Assembly (NCBI GenBank): GCA_965226435.1
Contig: CBDDCY010000005.1
Coordinates: forward strand, 141,966-205,965
Reading direction: 5' to 3'
DNA from: Bryobacterales bacterium
GTDB lineage: Bacteria; Acidobacteriota; Terriglobia; Bryobacterales; UBA6623
Length of the DNA stretch: 64,000 bases
The notes under the pieces were generated by a model. The model was not told the DNA's origin and searched no databases. It worked only from the letters and a program-made list of their open reading frames with translations. Positions 24,782 to 32,774 of this stretch are shown here, one piece after another. A program made the translations under genes and the position numbers. Position 1 is the first letter of the stretch. Every line of letters begins with the position of its first letter.

Positions 24782-24988
24782 ATGGCAAAGACTCTTTACT
24801 TCGTCGAATGCAAGACGTGCAAATCGAAGATCCCTCCCGAAGACCAGGCGGATTACTACAGCGGGAGTTGGAAACGTCGCCTCACATGCACGTGTGGCGC
24901 TTCACACGAGTACAGCTACGAGGACCTGAGGCCGAAGCCTCCGAAGGGTCGAGAGCCCCTCCCGGCTCCTACCGAACACGCGGTCTAA
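24782..24988 (+). CDS. small zinc-ribbon-like protein
   Basis: 68 aa with CKTC...CTC. AGGAAG lies ~10 nt upstream of the ATG. Confidence 0.4.
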   Translation: MAKTLYFVECKTCKSKIPPEDQADYYSGSWKRRLTCTCGASHEYSYEDLRPKPPKGREPLPAPTEHAV

Positions 24989-25160
24989 TCTGAGTTCGTG
25001 GAACCCCTCGCCGCGGCGATGATCATGCGGGCCGTCTGGGACCTCAACCACCCAGAACAGGGGCGTTCGGGGACGGAGCCCAAATAAAGTGGAACGCGGG
25101 CGGCAGTCCCCCATCTTCGCCCGAACTACTTCCGCCACGACCTAGGAGCCGGGCGGGCGG

Positions 25161-26159
25161 TTACGGCAGAAGCAGGAAGGTTCGGGCGGTGGGACGTCCC
25201 ACGGCGTGGGTTTGTTGATAGGTGTCTAGTTTTTTTAGGAAATCGTCCCACATGCGCTGCTCGTCGACGTCGGTGATCCAATTGATCGTGCGGTCGGTTT
25301 TGACGTGCTCGAAGTTCATGTCGTCACCCAGCTTTGGGCGGGGGTAGGTTTCGTGGGTCGTCATCCCTAATACGTAGGCTAGGGTGATGTTGTCCCAAAT
25401 GATCCAAGGCTTCGAAAAATCGTTGACTCGGCGCGGTTTGACAAAGCGGTAATACCAGGCCTGAAACTCCTCGAAGAGCCACTGCCCGATCGGGCCCCGC
25501 TCGCCCACCATTTCTCGGGCCTGATCCAGATGCAGCGACAGACTCGCGCGGCAGACGTTTCCCGAGCCGATGGTCAGAGGGACGTCGGAGTCCAGGATGA
25601 CCTGCATGCCTTTCACATCGTTGGCGATATTGAACTCATCTCCACCGTTGGGCCAGCTCGTGAACCCCATATCGATGATTTCGATGCGCTCGACGATGGT
25701 TGGGTCCATCAGGATGGCGGAGGCCGCGTCCGTCACCGCGCCAATGGTCAGCACTTTGAGACGGTTGTCGGGCGAAAAGTCCCGCGACGCCTCGATGAGA
25801 AACCGCGCGCCGTCACTGGCCCTGGGCTTGGTCTTGTCCTCCAACGGAAGATCGGCCCCGGCGAAGAGCGGCGGGTGGCTCGCCATGCCCAGCCGATTCT
25901 CGACTACATCGAGAAGAATTCTGTAAGACGTTTGTCCGGCGGGCGGGCTGATGGTTGGCGCGTGGGCCGAGATGATCCCCCGAACGTCAAATTGCGAGTT
26001 GATGAGCAGGTAAGTGATTGCCCACTGATCGTCCACTTCATTGCCGACATCGGTGGAAAGAACAACAGGAATTGTCGGTGACGCCGCGCTTGGAGTCGCG
26101 GTGGCCAAGAGAGCGGCCGCGGCCACGAAGCACAAGAGAAATCGAGTCAGGTTGAGCAT
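25161..26159 (-). CDS. secreted nucleoside hydrolase (IU-NH family)
   Basis: Signal peptide, then VVLSTDVGNEVDDQWAITYLL (the DxDxxxDD-type motif). Confidence 0.88.
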   Translation of the reverse strand: MLNLTRFLLCFVAAAALLATATPSAASPTIPVVLSTDVGNEVDDQWAITYLLINSQFDVRGIISAHAPTISPPAGQTSYRILLDVVENRLGMASHPPLFAGADLPLEDKTKPRASDGARFLIEASRDFSPDNRLKVLTIGAVTDAASAILMDPTIVERIEIIDMGFTSWPNGGDEFNIANDVKGMQVILDSDVPLTIGSGNVCRASLSLHLDQAREMVGERGPIGQWLFEEFQAWYYRFVKPRRVNDFSKPWIIWDNITLAYVLGMTTHETYPRPKLGDDMNFEHVKTDRTINWITDVDEQRMWDDFLKKLDTYQQTHAVGRPTARTFLLLP

Positions 26160-26397
26160 GTCCGGTTCCTTTGGATTCGACGAGTCTGGTCCACGAGGCT
26201 ATGCGAGATCGTGCGGGATGGGACCGTTGTCGGCCGCGAGCGCTGTTCGGTTCGACGGGGGCTATTATACTTGAGTGCCGGTGGGGCGAGTCGGATGGGC
26301 GCGGGATTTTGATGCGCATCGCGCGGGGCGGGGGGGTGCGGCCTTGCTTCCACCGCTTCCCTCCGGGTTGTCGTGTTTCATCGCATACGGCTTACCG

Positions 26398-26510
26398 GAA
26401 AAATTGGGGACAGTCCACTTGGTCTATTCGGTGGCGGTCTATTCGGTGGCTGTCACCGAACCCCCCCCAACCCCCCCCAACCCCCCCCCGTCACCGAACC
26501 CCCACCGTAA
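26398..26510. repeat. GAAAAATTGGGGACAGTCCACTT motif followed by tandem oligomers (2x GTCTATTCGGTGGC, GTCACCGAACC, 3x AACCCCCCCC)
   Basis: Read directly from the sequence. The motif recurs at 31095-31118, 7688-7708 (minus strand) and, in degenerate form, at 7616-7635. Confidence 0.8.
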
Positions 26511-27230
26511 GGCCGGATTATCGGAAGCGGGAGTCATTGCTGAGCGGAGGAAGGAGCATATTGTAAACTCCTAATTCGGCGGTCAGTGCATCAACGTCTA
26601 CTAGCTCAAGCTCATATCCAGAGATGCCTGAATTGACGGTATCTGCTGTAGCTTGGGCAGGGCCCGTAAAGTGCGTCGTGGTGACCAGTTTAGCCTTACG
26701 CACCCCGCGTTCCAGTTGGACGCCCAAAAGTTGGCGAACGGCACCTACTCTGACCCGATTTGAAGCGGAATACCGCTTACATTCAACCAGAATCTGGGCC
26801 CCGGTCGATTTCTCAAGTAAGACAATGTCGTAGCCGCCGTCCCGTGTGCACTTTGTCAATTTGCTGAAGTATCCGGAGTTCCGATAGATGTCACTTACCA
26901 GTTCCTCGAAGCGTCGCGGTGTCAAGAATCGAAGATCAGAATGTCGGCGACGGAGATGACTTCCGAGTTCGGCAAGATTCAACTCTGTGCTATTGATATC
27001 GAAACTGAGCAGAGCGGAGACTTCGCGTGAGTACCACTCACCAAAGTGCAACGAGTATTCTCCCTCAAGGGTCTCGGACCAAAAACCACAGGTACTGCAA
27101 CTCGCCCTGTTTATCCTGCCGGGTCGACTCTCAATCCGCTTGGAGTCATACTTATAGTCCGACCAAGAATGCACCTGAAGCGGTTTCTCGCAGGGCGAAG
27201 ATCTGCAAAATGGACAAACCCCGCCACCTA

Positions 27231-28322
27231 TTGAGTCTCGCAAAATAAAGTGACACCTTTTTGGGGTACGTACGTCTTTGTATGTATGGGAAATACAAAA
27301 GGCGTACGGCGGGATTTCGAGGCCCTGGAGAAGCGCCGTTTCAAAGCGATCCGGTTGGTCGAGCAAGGCTGTAGTCAGTCCGAGACAGCGAGGCGATTGA
27401 AGGTCGCGCGGCAAAGCGTCAGCGAGTGGCTGCGACGATACCGGCGTGACGGCGAAGCCGGGTTGCGCCAGGCCGGCCGCGCCGGCCGTAAGCCGCTGTT
27501 GGACGCCGCGCAGCTCGAACGCCTCGAGGCGTTGCTGCTGGAAGGCCCCGAGGCGCACGGCTTCCCGACGCCGCTGTGGAGCTGTCCGCGGGTCGCTCGT
27601 CTGATCGGAGACGAGTTCGGCGTGCGCTATCACGAGGGCCATGTCTGGAAGATCCCGCGGGCGCTCGGTTGGAGCCCGCAACGGCCCGTCGGCAAAGCGC
27701 GGGAGCGCAACGAAGAGGCCATCCGCGGCTGGCAGCGCAAGACTTGGCCGGCCATTAAAAAAAAGCCCGCAAAGAAGAACGCACGATCGTCTTCATCGAC
27801 GAAAGCGGATTGAGTCAGAAGCCGCATCGTTGCCGCACCTGGGCGCCGCGCGGCGAGACACCGGTGTTGGAGTTCAACTTCAACTGGGACAAGCTGTCGG
27901 TGTCGGCCGGGCTGACGTTGCGCAACTTTTACTTCCGGCTCTATCCCGGCGCGATCGGCGAGTTGGAGGTCATCGACTTCCTGAAGGCTTTGGTGCGCCA
28001 CATCGACGGCCCACTGCTGATCGTCTGGGACCGGCTGCCGGCGCACCGCAGCCGCCTGGTGCGGGAGTTCATCCAGCTCTCCGAGGATCACATCGCAACG
28101 GAGTACTTGCCGCCCTATGCGCCGGAGTTGAACCCGGTGGAATACATTTGGGCGTACTGGAAGCAGCACGAGTTGCCCAACGTCTGCCCGAAGGACTACT
28201 GGGAACTCGACGAGCGCGCCCGCAAAGCGCTGCGGCGAATGCGCCGCAAACCGCGCTTGATTACCGCTTTCTGGAAACAGTCTTCTCTTTGTCTCGTTGA
28301 CAGTATATTATGCGAGACTCAG
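27231..28322 (+). mobile_element. intact IS630-family insertion sequence (1092 bp) with TA target duplication
   Basis: Imperfect terminal IRs: TTGAGTCTCGCAAAATAAAGTGAC on the left, versus the reverse complement of the right end, CTGAGTCTCGCATAATATACTGTC. TA flanks both ends at 27229-30 and 28323-24. Confidence 0.92.
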
Positions 28323-28325
28323 TAG
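27250..28325 (+). CDS. IS630-family DDE transposase, two frames joined by a -1 shift at an A8 run
   Basis: The orfA HTH part (27250/27286-27764) plus the -1 frame gives ...WPAIKKKARKEERTIVFIDESG...WDRLPAHRS...YAPELNPVEYIW, the DDE triad context. Confidence 0.85.
27757..27764 (+). promoter_or_regulatory. A8 slippery run (programmed -1 frameshift or transcriptional slippage site)
   Basis: GCC ATT AAA AAA AAG. Re-reading one A restores the conserved IKKK-A-R-K...FIDESG continuation. Confidence 0.6.
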
Positions 28326-28521
28326 GAAAGGGTTGTACTGGGACCAGAGAACATCCCATTCTGTCGACTTCTTCTCATCGTATGCATTGGTGTCGGGGTA
28401 TTCTTCTTCCCATTTTCGGTAACAGGTACCGCGCCAAACGAAGAGGGGCTCATTCATGCGTTCTCCATAGCGATGCCGACCCTCAACCAGGAGTTCCGTT
28501 TTTGCCCTCTCGGAGTGGGCA

Positions 28522-29045
28522 TTATAACCCGAGCCATCGCTGGGAAGCAAAGGCTCGGGTTTGGCACTGCTGCCGCGTTTGGTGCTCCTTTCGCCGCAGT
28601 GGTTCCCCGGCGGGCTCAAAAGTTCGGGTTAGCCTCACTCCTCGTGCAGCTTCAGCCGTGCTGGCGACCAAGCCGTTGTCGCTATCTTTAGGCGAAAGGC
28701 GACAGCTACCGTCTCGCAAAACTCCGCTCAACGAGCCCGTGTGAGCGGCTGTTTCGGAGCTGGGAAGGGGCAAAAGTACCCGGAAATCAGAAGACCCCGT
28801 CAGAGGCCCGAGTTTGGCCTGCAGCGGGGCGTCGGGGATTTCCTCGCCATCCTTGTGCAGGGCGCGGACATGGCAGAGGATCGCGTCTTGAGCCATCTCC
28901 CGAGCTTCCTCAATAGTTCGTCCATAGGTAACGATTCCAAGCAGGGCCAGCACGAAAACCTGGTAGCCACCTTCGGAGAGCTGCTCGTGAATGACGGTGT
29001 AGCCATACTCGGCCGTGAGGTCCTCCTTGGGGGGTGATTTGCTCG
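28522..29045 (-). pseudogene. HicB-like antitoxin remnant (no usable start codon for the conserved N-terminal part)
   Basis: The minus frame reads ...YGYTVIHEQLSEGGYQVFVLALLGIVTYGRTIEEAREMAQDAILCHVRALHKDGEEIPD, which is HicB/UPF0150-like. There is an upstream in-frame TGA at ~29046 and no ATG/GTG/TTG before the GTG at 28953. Confidence 0.35.
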
Positions 29046-29149
29046 GAGACTTCGTACGTGTAGGATATCAAGCTGGTGGAATGCGTCACGCCGGCCAAGG
29101 TGGAGAATCTTTCGGCGAACCCGGCCGCGATGTGATGAAGTAGGAATCG

Positions 29150-30097
29150 ATGGAACTGTACGCGGGGCCGGAAGATCAAGGGGAGCGCCTCGACCGCTTT
29201 CTTGCCGCACAGCTCCCCGACGCGGGGCGCACTCGCGTCCAACAATGGATCCGCGACGGGCGCGTGCTCATCGACGGCGGGGCCGCCCGCGCGTCAAGAC
29301 GCTTGTCGGAGGGAGATAAGATCGATGTCGACCCGGCGCCGCCCACGCCGCTGAAAGCTTTCCCCGAAGATATCCCCCTCGATATTCTTTACGAGGACGA
29401 CGATATCGTCGCGGTCAATAAGCCGGCCGGGATGGTCGTCCATAGCGGCGCGGCGGCCAAGTCGGGCACTTTGGTGAACGCGCTGCTCAATCACTTTGGG
29501 AGTCTCTCGAGATTGGGCGGCGAGTTGCGGCCGGGTATCGTGCATCGGCTCGACCGCATGACCAGCGGCGTCTTGTTGGTTGCCAAGCACGACCGCGCTC
29601 ACCGCTCGCTGGCGAAGCAATTCCAGGCCAGGAAGGTCAAAAAGATCTATTGGGGGGTTGTTCACGGGCGTCCCGCGGAACCGCCGCGGCAAGGGCGGTC
29701 GGTGGAGGTTGAAGGCCGGCGCTGGTGGCGGCTCGAGATGCCCATCCGCCGCGATAGCCGCCAAAGGATCAAGATGGCCGCCCGGGCGGGCGGTCGCGAA
29801 GCGGAGACCGATTTCCGCGTACTGCGCTCGGCGGGCGCCTATTCGCTGCTCGAAGTGCGCATCGGAACCGGCCGCACCCACCAGATCCGCGTGCACCTGT
29901 CGAAGATCGGTCACCCGGTGGTCGGCGACCGGCTCTACGGCGCGCCGGCCGCGCCCGAGGGGCTCGGGGAGCTCGATCGTTTCTACCTGCACGCGCGCTC
30001 GATCGGGTTCCAGCGCCCGGCCGATGAGAGCCGGATCACCATTGAGGCTCCGCCGCCTGAAGAATTCACGGAGTTGCTCCGCCGACTGGAGCTATAA
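29150..30097 (+). CDS. rluD: RluA-family 23S rRNA pseudouridine synthase (RluD-like)
   Basis: S4 domain N-terminus (RLDRFLAAQL), HRLDRMTSGVLLVAK catalytic Asp motif, GRTHQIRVHL. Confidence 0.9.
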   Translation: MELYAGPEDQGERLDRFLAAQLPDAGRTRVQQWIRDGRVLIDGGAARASRRLSEGDKIDVDPAPPTPLKAFPEDIPLDILYEDDDIVAVNKPAGMVVHSGAAAKSGTLVNALLNHFGSLSRLGGELRPGIVHRLDRMTSGVLLVAKHDRAHRSLAKQFQARKVKKIYWGVVHGRPAEPPRQGRSVEVEGRRWWRLEMPIRRDSRQRIKMAARAGGREAETDFRVLRSAGAYSLLEVRIGTGRTHQIRVHLSKIGHPVVGDRLYGAPAAPEGLGELDRFYLHARSIGFQRPADESRITIEAPPPEEFTELLRRLEL

Positions 30098-30132
30098 TTG
30101 GATGGTTGGGGCGAAAGCCTCACGTTACGGCT

Positions 30133-31095
30133 ATGCAACGGATTTCCCCCATCGTCCTGCTCGCCGGACTTCTGGTATCCGGCTTGGTTTGGGCGCAAAG
30201 CGACCAAAGCGCTCCGGAGACGCGGATCGGCGATCTCATCGACCCCGGTTCGACCATTCGCATCGAGGTCTCGCGCGTCCCCTTACTGTTCACGGTTACC
30301 GACAAGAAGAACCGCTTCATCACGAACCTGGATCGCGAAGACTTTCAGGTCTTCGACAACGGCAAGAAGCAGTCGATCCGCGAGTTCGTGCGGGAAAGCG
30401 ACCTTCCGCTGAGAATCGGCATCATCCTCGACACCAGCAACAGTGTTCGGACGCGTTTCCGCTTCGAACAGGAAGCCGCTATCGAATTTGTGCACAGCGT
30501 GCTGCTCGAGGAGAAGGACAAGGCTTTTCTTGTCGGCTTCGACACCCGCGCCCAGCTGCTTGTCGACTTCACCAACAACGTCGACAAGCTCGCCGAGGGC
30601 ATCCGCGCCGCGCGAGCCGGCGGCGGCACGGCGCTCTACGACGCGATTTATTACGCCTGTCGCGACAAGCTTCCCGAAGACTGGCCGCCCGAGCAGTTTC
30701 GGCGCGCCCTGGTCATCCTGGGAGACGGCGAAGACAACCAGAGCACCGTCACCCGCGAGATGGCGCTCGAGATGGCCCACAAGGCCGAGGCTGTCATCTA
30801 CGCGATTTCGACGAATCAAACCCGCGAGCATATCGCGGGCGACAAGGTGCTGCATCGCTTTAGTCGCGAAACAGGCGGCGTGGCGTTTCATCCTTTGCAG
30901 GCCCGCGATCTCGAGCAGTCTTTCGCCGACATCGCCAACGAGTTGCGGCATCAATACTTCATTCTCTACTCCCCGACGGAGTTTACAGCCGACGGGAGTT
31001 TTCACAAGGTGCGGGTCAAAGCCCGCGTCAAGAAAGCGCAGGTCCGCGCCCGGCGAGGCTATTACGCCCCGCTTCCGGGCGAGGAGCGGCGCTAG
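30133..31095 (+). CDS. VWA domain protein (VWFA-related acidobacterial type)
   Basis: Signal peptide MQRISPIVLLAGLLVSGLVWAQ. Then ...IGIILDTSNSV..., GGTALYDAIY and ILGDGEDNQS, the MIDAS-like elements. Confidence 0.85.
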   Translation: MQRISPIVLLAGLLVSGLVWAQSDQSAPETRIGDLIDPGSTIRIEVSRVPLLFTVTDKKNRFITNLDREDFQVFDNGKKQSIREFVRESDLPLRIGIILDTSNSVRTRFRFEQEAAIEFVHSVLLEEKDKAFLVGFDTRAQLLVDFTNNVDKLAEGIRAARAGGGTALYDAIYYACRDKLPEDWPPEQFRRALVILGDGEDNQSTVTREMALEMAHKAEAVIYAISTNQTREHIAGDKVLHRFSRETGGVAFHPLQARDLEQSFADIANELRHQYFILYSPTEFTADGSFHKVRVKARVKKAQVRARRGYYAPLPGEERR

Positions 31096-31118
31096 AAAAA
31101 ATCGGGGACAGTCCACTT
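31095..31118 (+). repeat. copy of the GAAAAAATCGGGGACAGTCCACTT motif
   Basis: Overlaps the last base of the VWA gene stop codon (TAG, 31093-31095). Compare 26398-26420. Confidence 0.7.
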
Positions 31119-31345
31119 CGCGCCGTCGAAGCTTATCGATTTTCCAGGCCTGTTCGGCCGGCGCTCGGTACAGCCCCCGTTTTTTTCAGAAGGACGCCAA
31201 GAGTTGGGTCAGCCGCGCGGCCCGCCGATCGCCGCCCGCTGAAATTTTTTTCTTTGGAATCGCCTGATTCCACTTTCGCTTTCTATTCGCCTTTGGTACA
31301 ATCAGCAGACAAATCGATTTGTCCGCCGGAAGGAGTCAGTGAATC

Positions 31346-32401
31346 ATGAATGAACAAGATCGAGCGCGAAGCCTTGAGATGGCACTCGGAGAGATTGAAA
31401 AATCCCATGGGAAGGGGTCGATTTTACGGTTGGGACGACGCGACGCCGTCGTCTCGGTGAGTTCGATTCCGACCGGATCGATTTCGGTGGACGCCGCTTT
31501 GGGCGTCGGCGGGTTACCTCGCGGCCGCGTCATAGAGGTTTTCGGCCCCGAGTCGTCGGGAAAAACCACGCTGGCGCTTTCGGCCGTGGCGCAGGCACAA
31601 AAGCTAGGCGGGATGGCAGCGTTCATTGACGCCGAGCACGCGCTGGATCCGGGCTACGCCGCGAAATTGGGCGTGGATGTGGACAACCTACTGGTTTCGC
31701 AACCCGATAGCGGCGAGCAGGCTTTGCAGATTGCCGAAGTCTTGATTCGCTCCGGCGCGGTCGAAGTCTTGGTGATTGACTCCGTTGCCGCCTTGGTGCC
31801 CCGAGCCGAGCTCGAAGGCGAGATGGGCGACAGCCATGTCGGTTTGCAGGCACGGTTAATGTCGCAAGCCCTGCGAAAGCTCACCGGGGCCGTCTTCAAG
31901 TCAAATTGCTGCTTGATTTTCATTAACCAGATCCGTGAGAAGATCGGCGTCATGTTCGGCAGTCCGGAAACGACAAGCGGCGGCCGGGCCTTGAAGTTCT
32001 ATGCCTCGATACGCATCGACATTCGCCGCATCGCCCAGATCAAGGACGGCGACCGCGTGGTGGGCAACCGCACCCGCGTGAAGGTCGTCAAGAACAAATG
32101 CGCGGCCCCGTTTCGACAGGCCGAGTTCGACATCATGTATGGCGAGGGAATTTCGCTCGAAGGCGACCTTCTCGACCTGGGCGTCGAGAATCGCGTGGTC
32201 GCCAAGAGCGGCGCCTGGTATTCCTACGGCGGGGACCGCATCGGCCAAGGCCGCGAGAATACGAAGAAATTCCTGCAGGAGAACCTCGACATTCGAGTGA
32301 AACTCGAAACGGAGTTGCGGCAGGCACTAGGCTTAGAAGCGCAGCCGGGGCCCGAACCGGCCAAGGAACCACCCGCCGCGAAGAGCGCCGCGGGCGGCTG
32401 A
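31346..32401 (+). CDS. recA: recombinase RecA
   Basis: [30 protein letters not shown] (Walker A), [30 protein letters not shown]. Confidence 0.97.
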   Translation: MNEQDRARSLEMALGEIEKSHGKGSILRLGRRDAVVSVSSIPTGSISVDAALGVGGLPRGRVIEVFGPESSGKTTLALSAVAQAQKLGGMAAFIDAEHALDPGYAAKLGVDVDNLLVSQPDSGEQALQIAEVLIRSGAVEVLVIDSVAALVPRAELEGEMGDSHVGLQARLMSQALRKLTGAVFKSNCCLIFINQIREKIGVMFGSPETTSGGRALKFYASIRIDIRRIAQIKDGDRVVGNRTRVKVVKNKCAAPFRQAEFDIMYGEGISLEGDLLDLGVENRVVAKSGAWYSYGGDRIGQGRENTKKFLQENLDIRVKLETELRQALGLEAQPGPEPAKEPPAAKSAAGG

Positions 32402-32421
32402 GTGCTGTAAGCGACGGGTTA

Positions 32422-32507
32422 ACCTGAAACTTCCATTGGGGCGGGTTGAGGAATGGGCAGGCCTGGAGACCTGCCCCACTGGGAACCGCTGCCGTTGGAC
32501 GTCGATG
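32422..32507 (+). repeat. dispersed ~85-bp repeat, copy 2
   Basis: Begins 21 nt after the recA stop. Its reverse complement matches 22692-22775. Confidence 0.85.
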
Positions 32508-32774
32508 TCGAAGACCGCCAGACAAGCTGAGAGCTTGTTGCAACTGCGGGCTCGGACTGGGCTGGGACCGGCAAGAGTGCCGGTCGCAACCCGGGCCGCG
32601 GCTGTTCGAAATTCAATCGTCCCACCAAGTTTCTTGCCTGGTCAGGGCCCTGATTCCATGGCTCGCATTGCGAGAAGGGCTGCCACGTTTATCTCGCACA
32701 CCGCCCTGAAGGCGCATCTCGACAAGGGTCTGTCGAGGGTTCATACTAGGGGGGGAGTTTGCTCCGAAAACAGG

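Larger units (their letters stand above)
26518..28457 (-). pseudogene. Mrr-type (Mrr_cat) restriction endonuclease gene interrupted by IS630
   Basis: The 3' part (26518-27228) encodes ...RDGGYDIVLLEKSTGAQILVECKRYS... The 5' part (28325-28457) begins MNEPLFVWRGTCYRKW. Removing 27231-28322 plus one TA joins the two parts in frame. Confidence 0.85.

Noticed and set aside
26255-26275. TATAAT on the minus strand (~26264-26269) as the promoter of the nucleoside hydrolase gene.
   Set aside because: No convincing -35 element lies at the right spacing, and acidobacterial promoter rules are uncertain.
28458-29149. A HicA toxin gene next to the HicB-like remnant.
   Set aside because: None of the six frames shows a HicA/YcfA-like sequence. 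The available space is taken up by the Mrr 5' fragment and the rluD promoter region.
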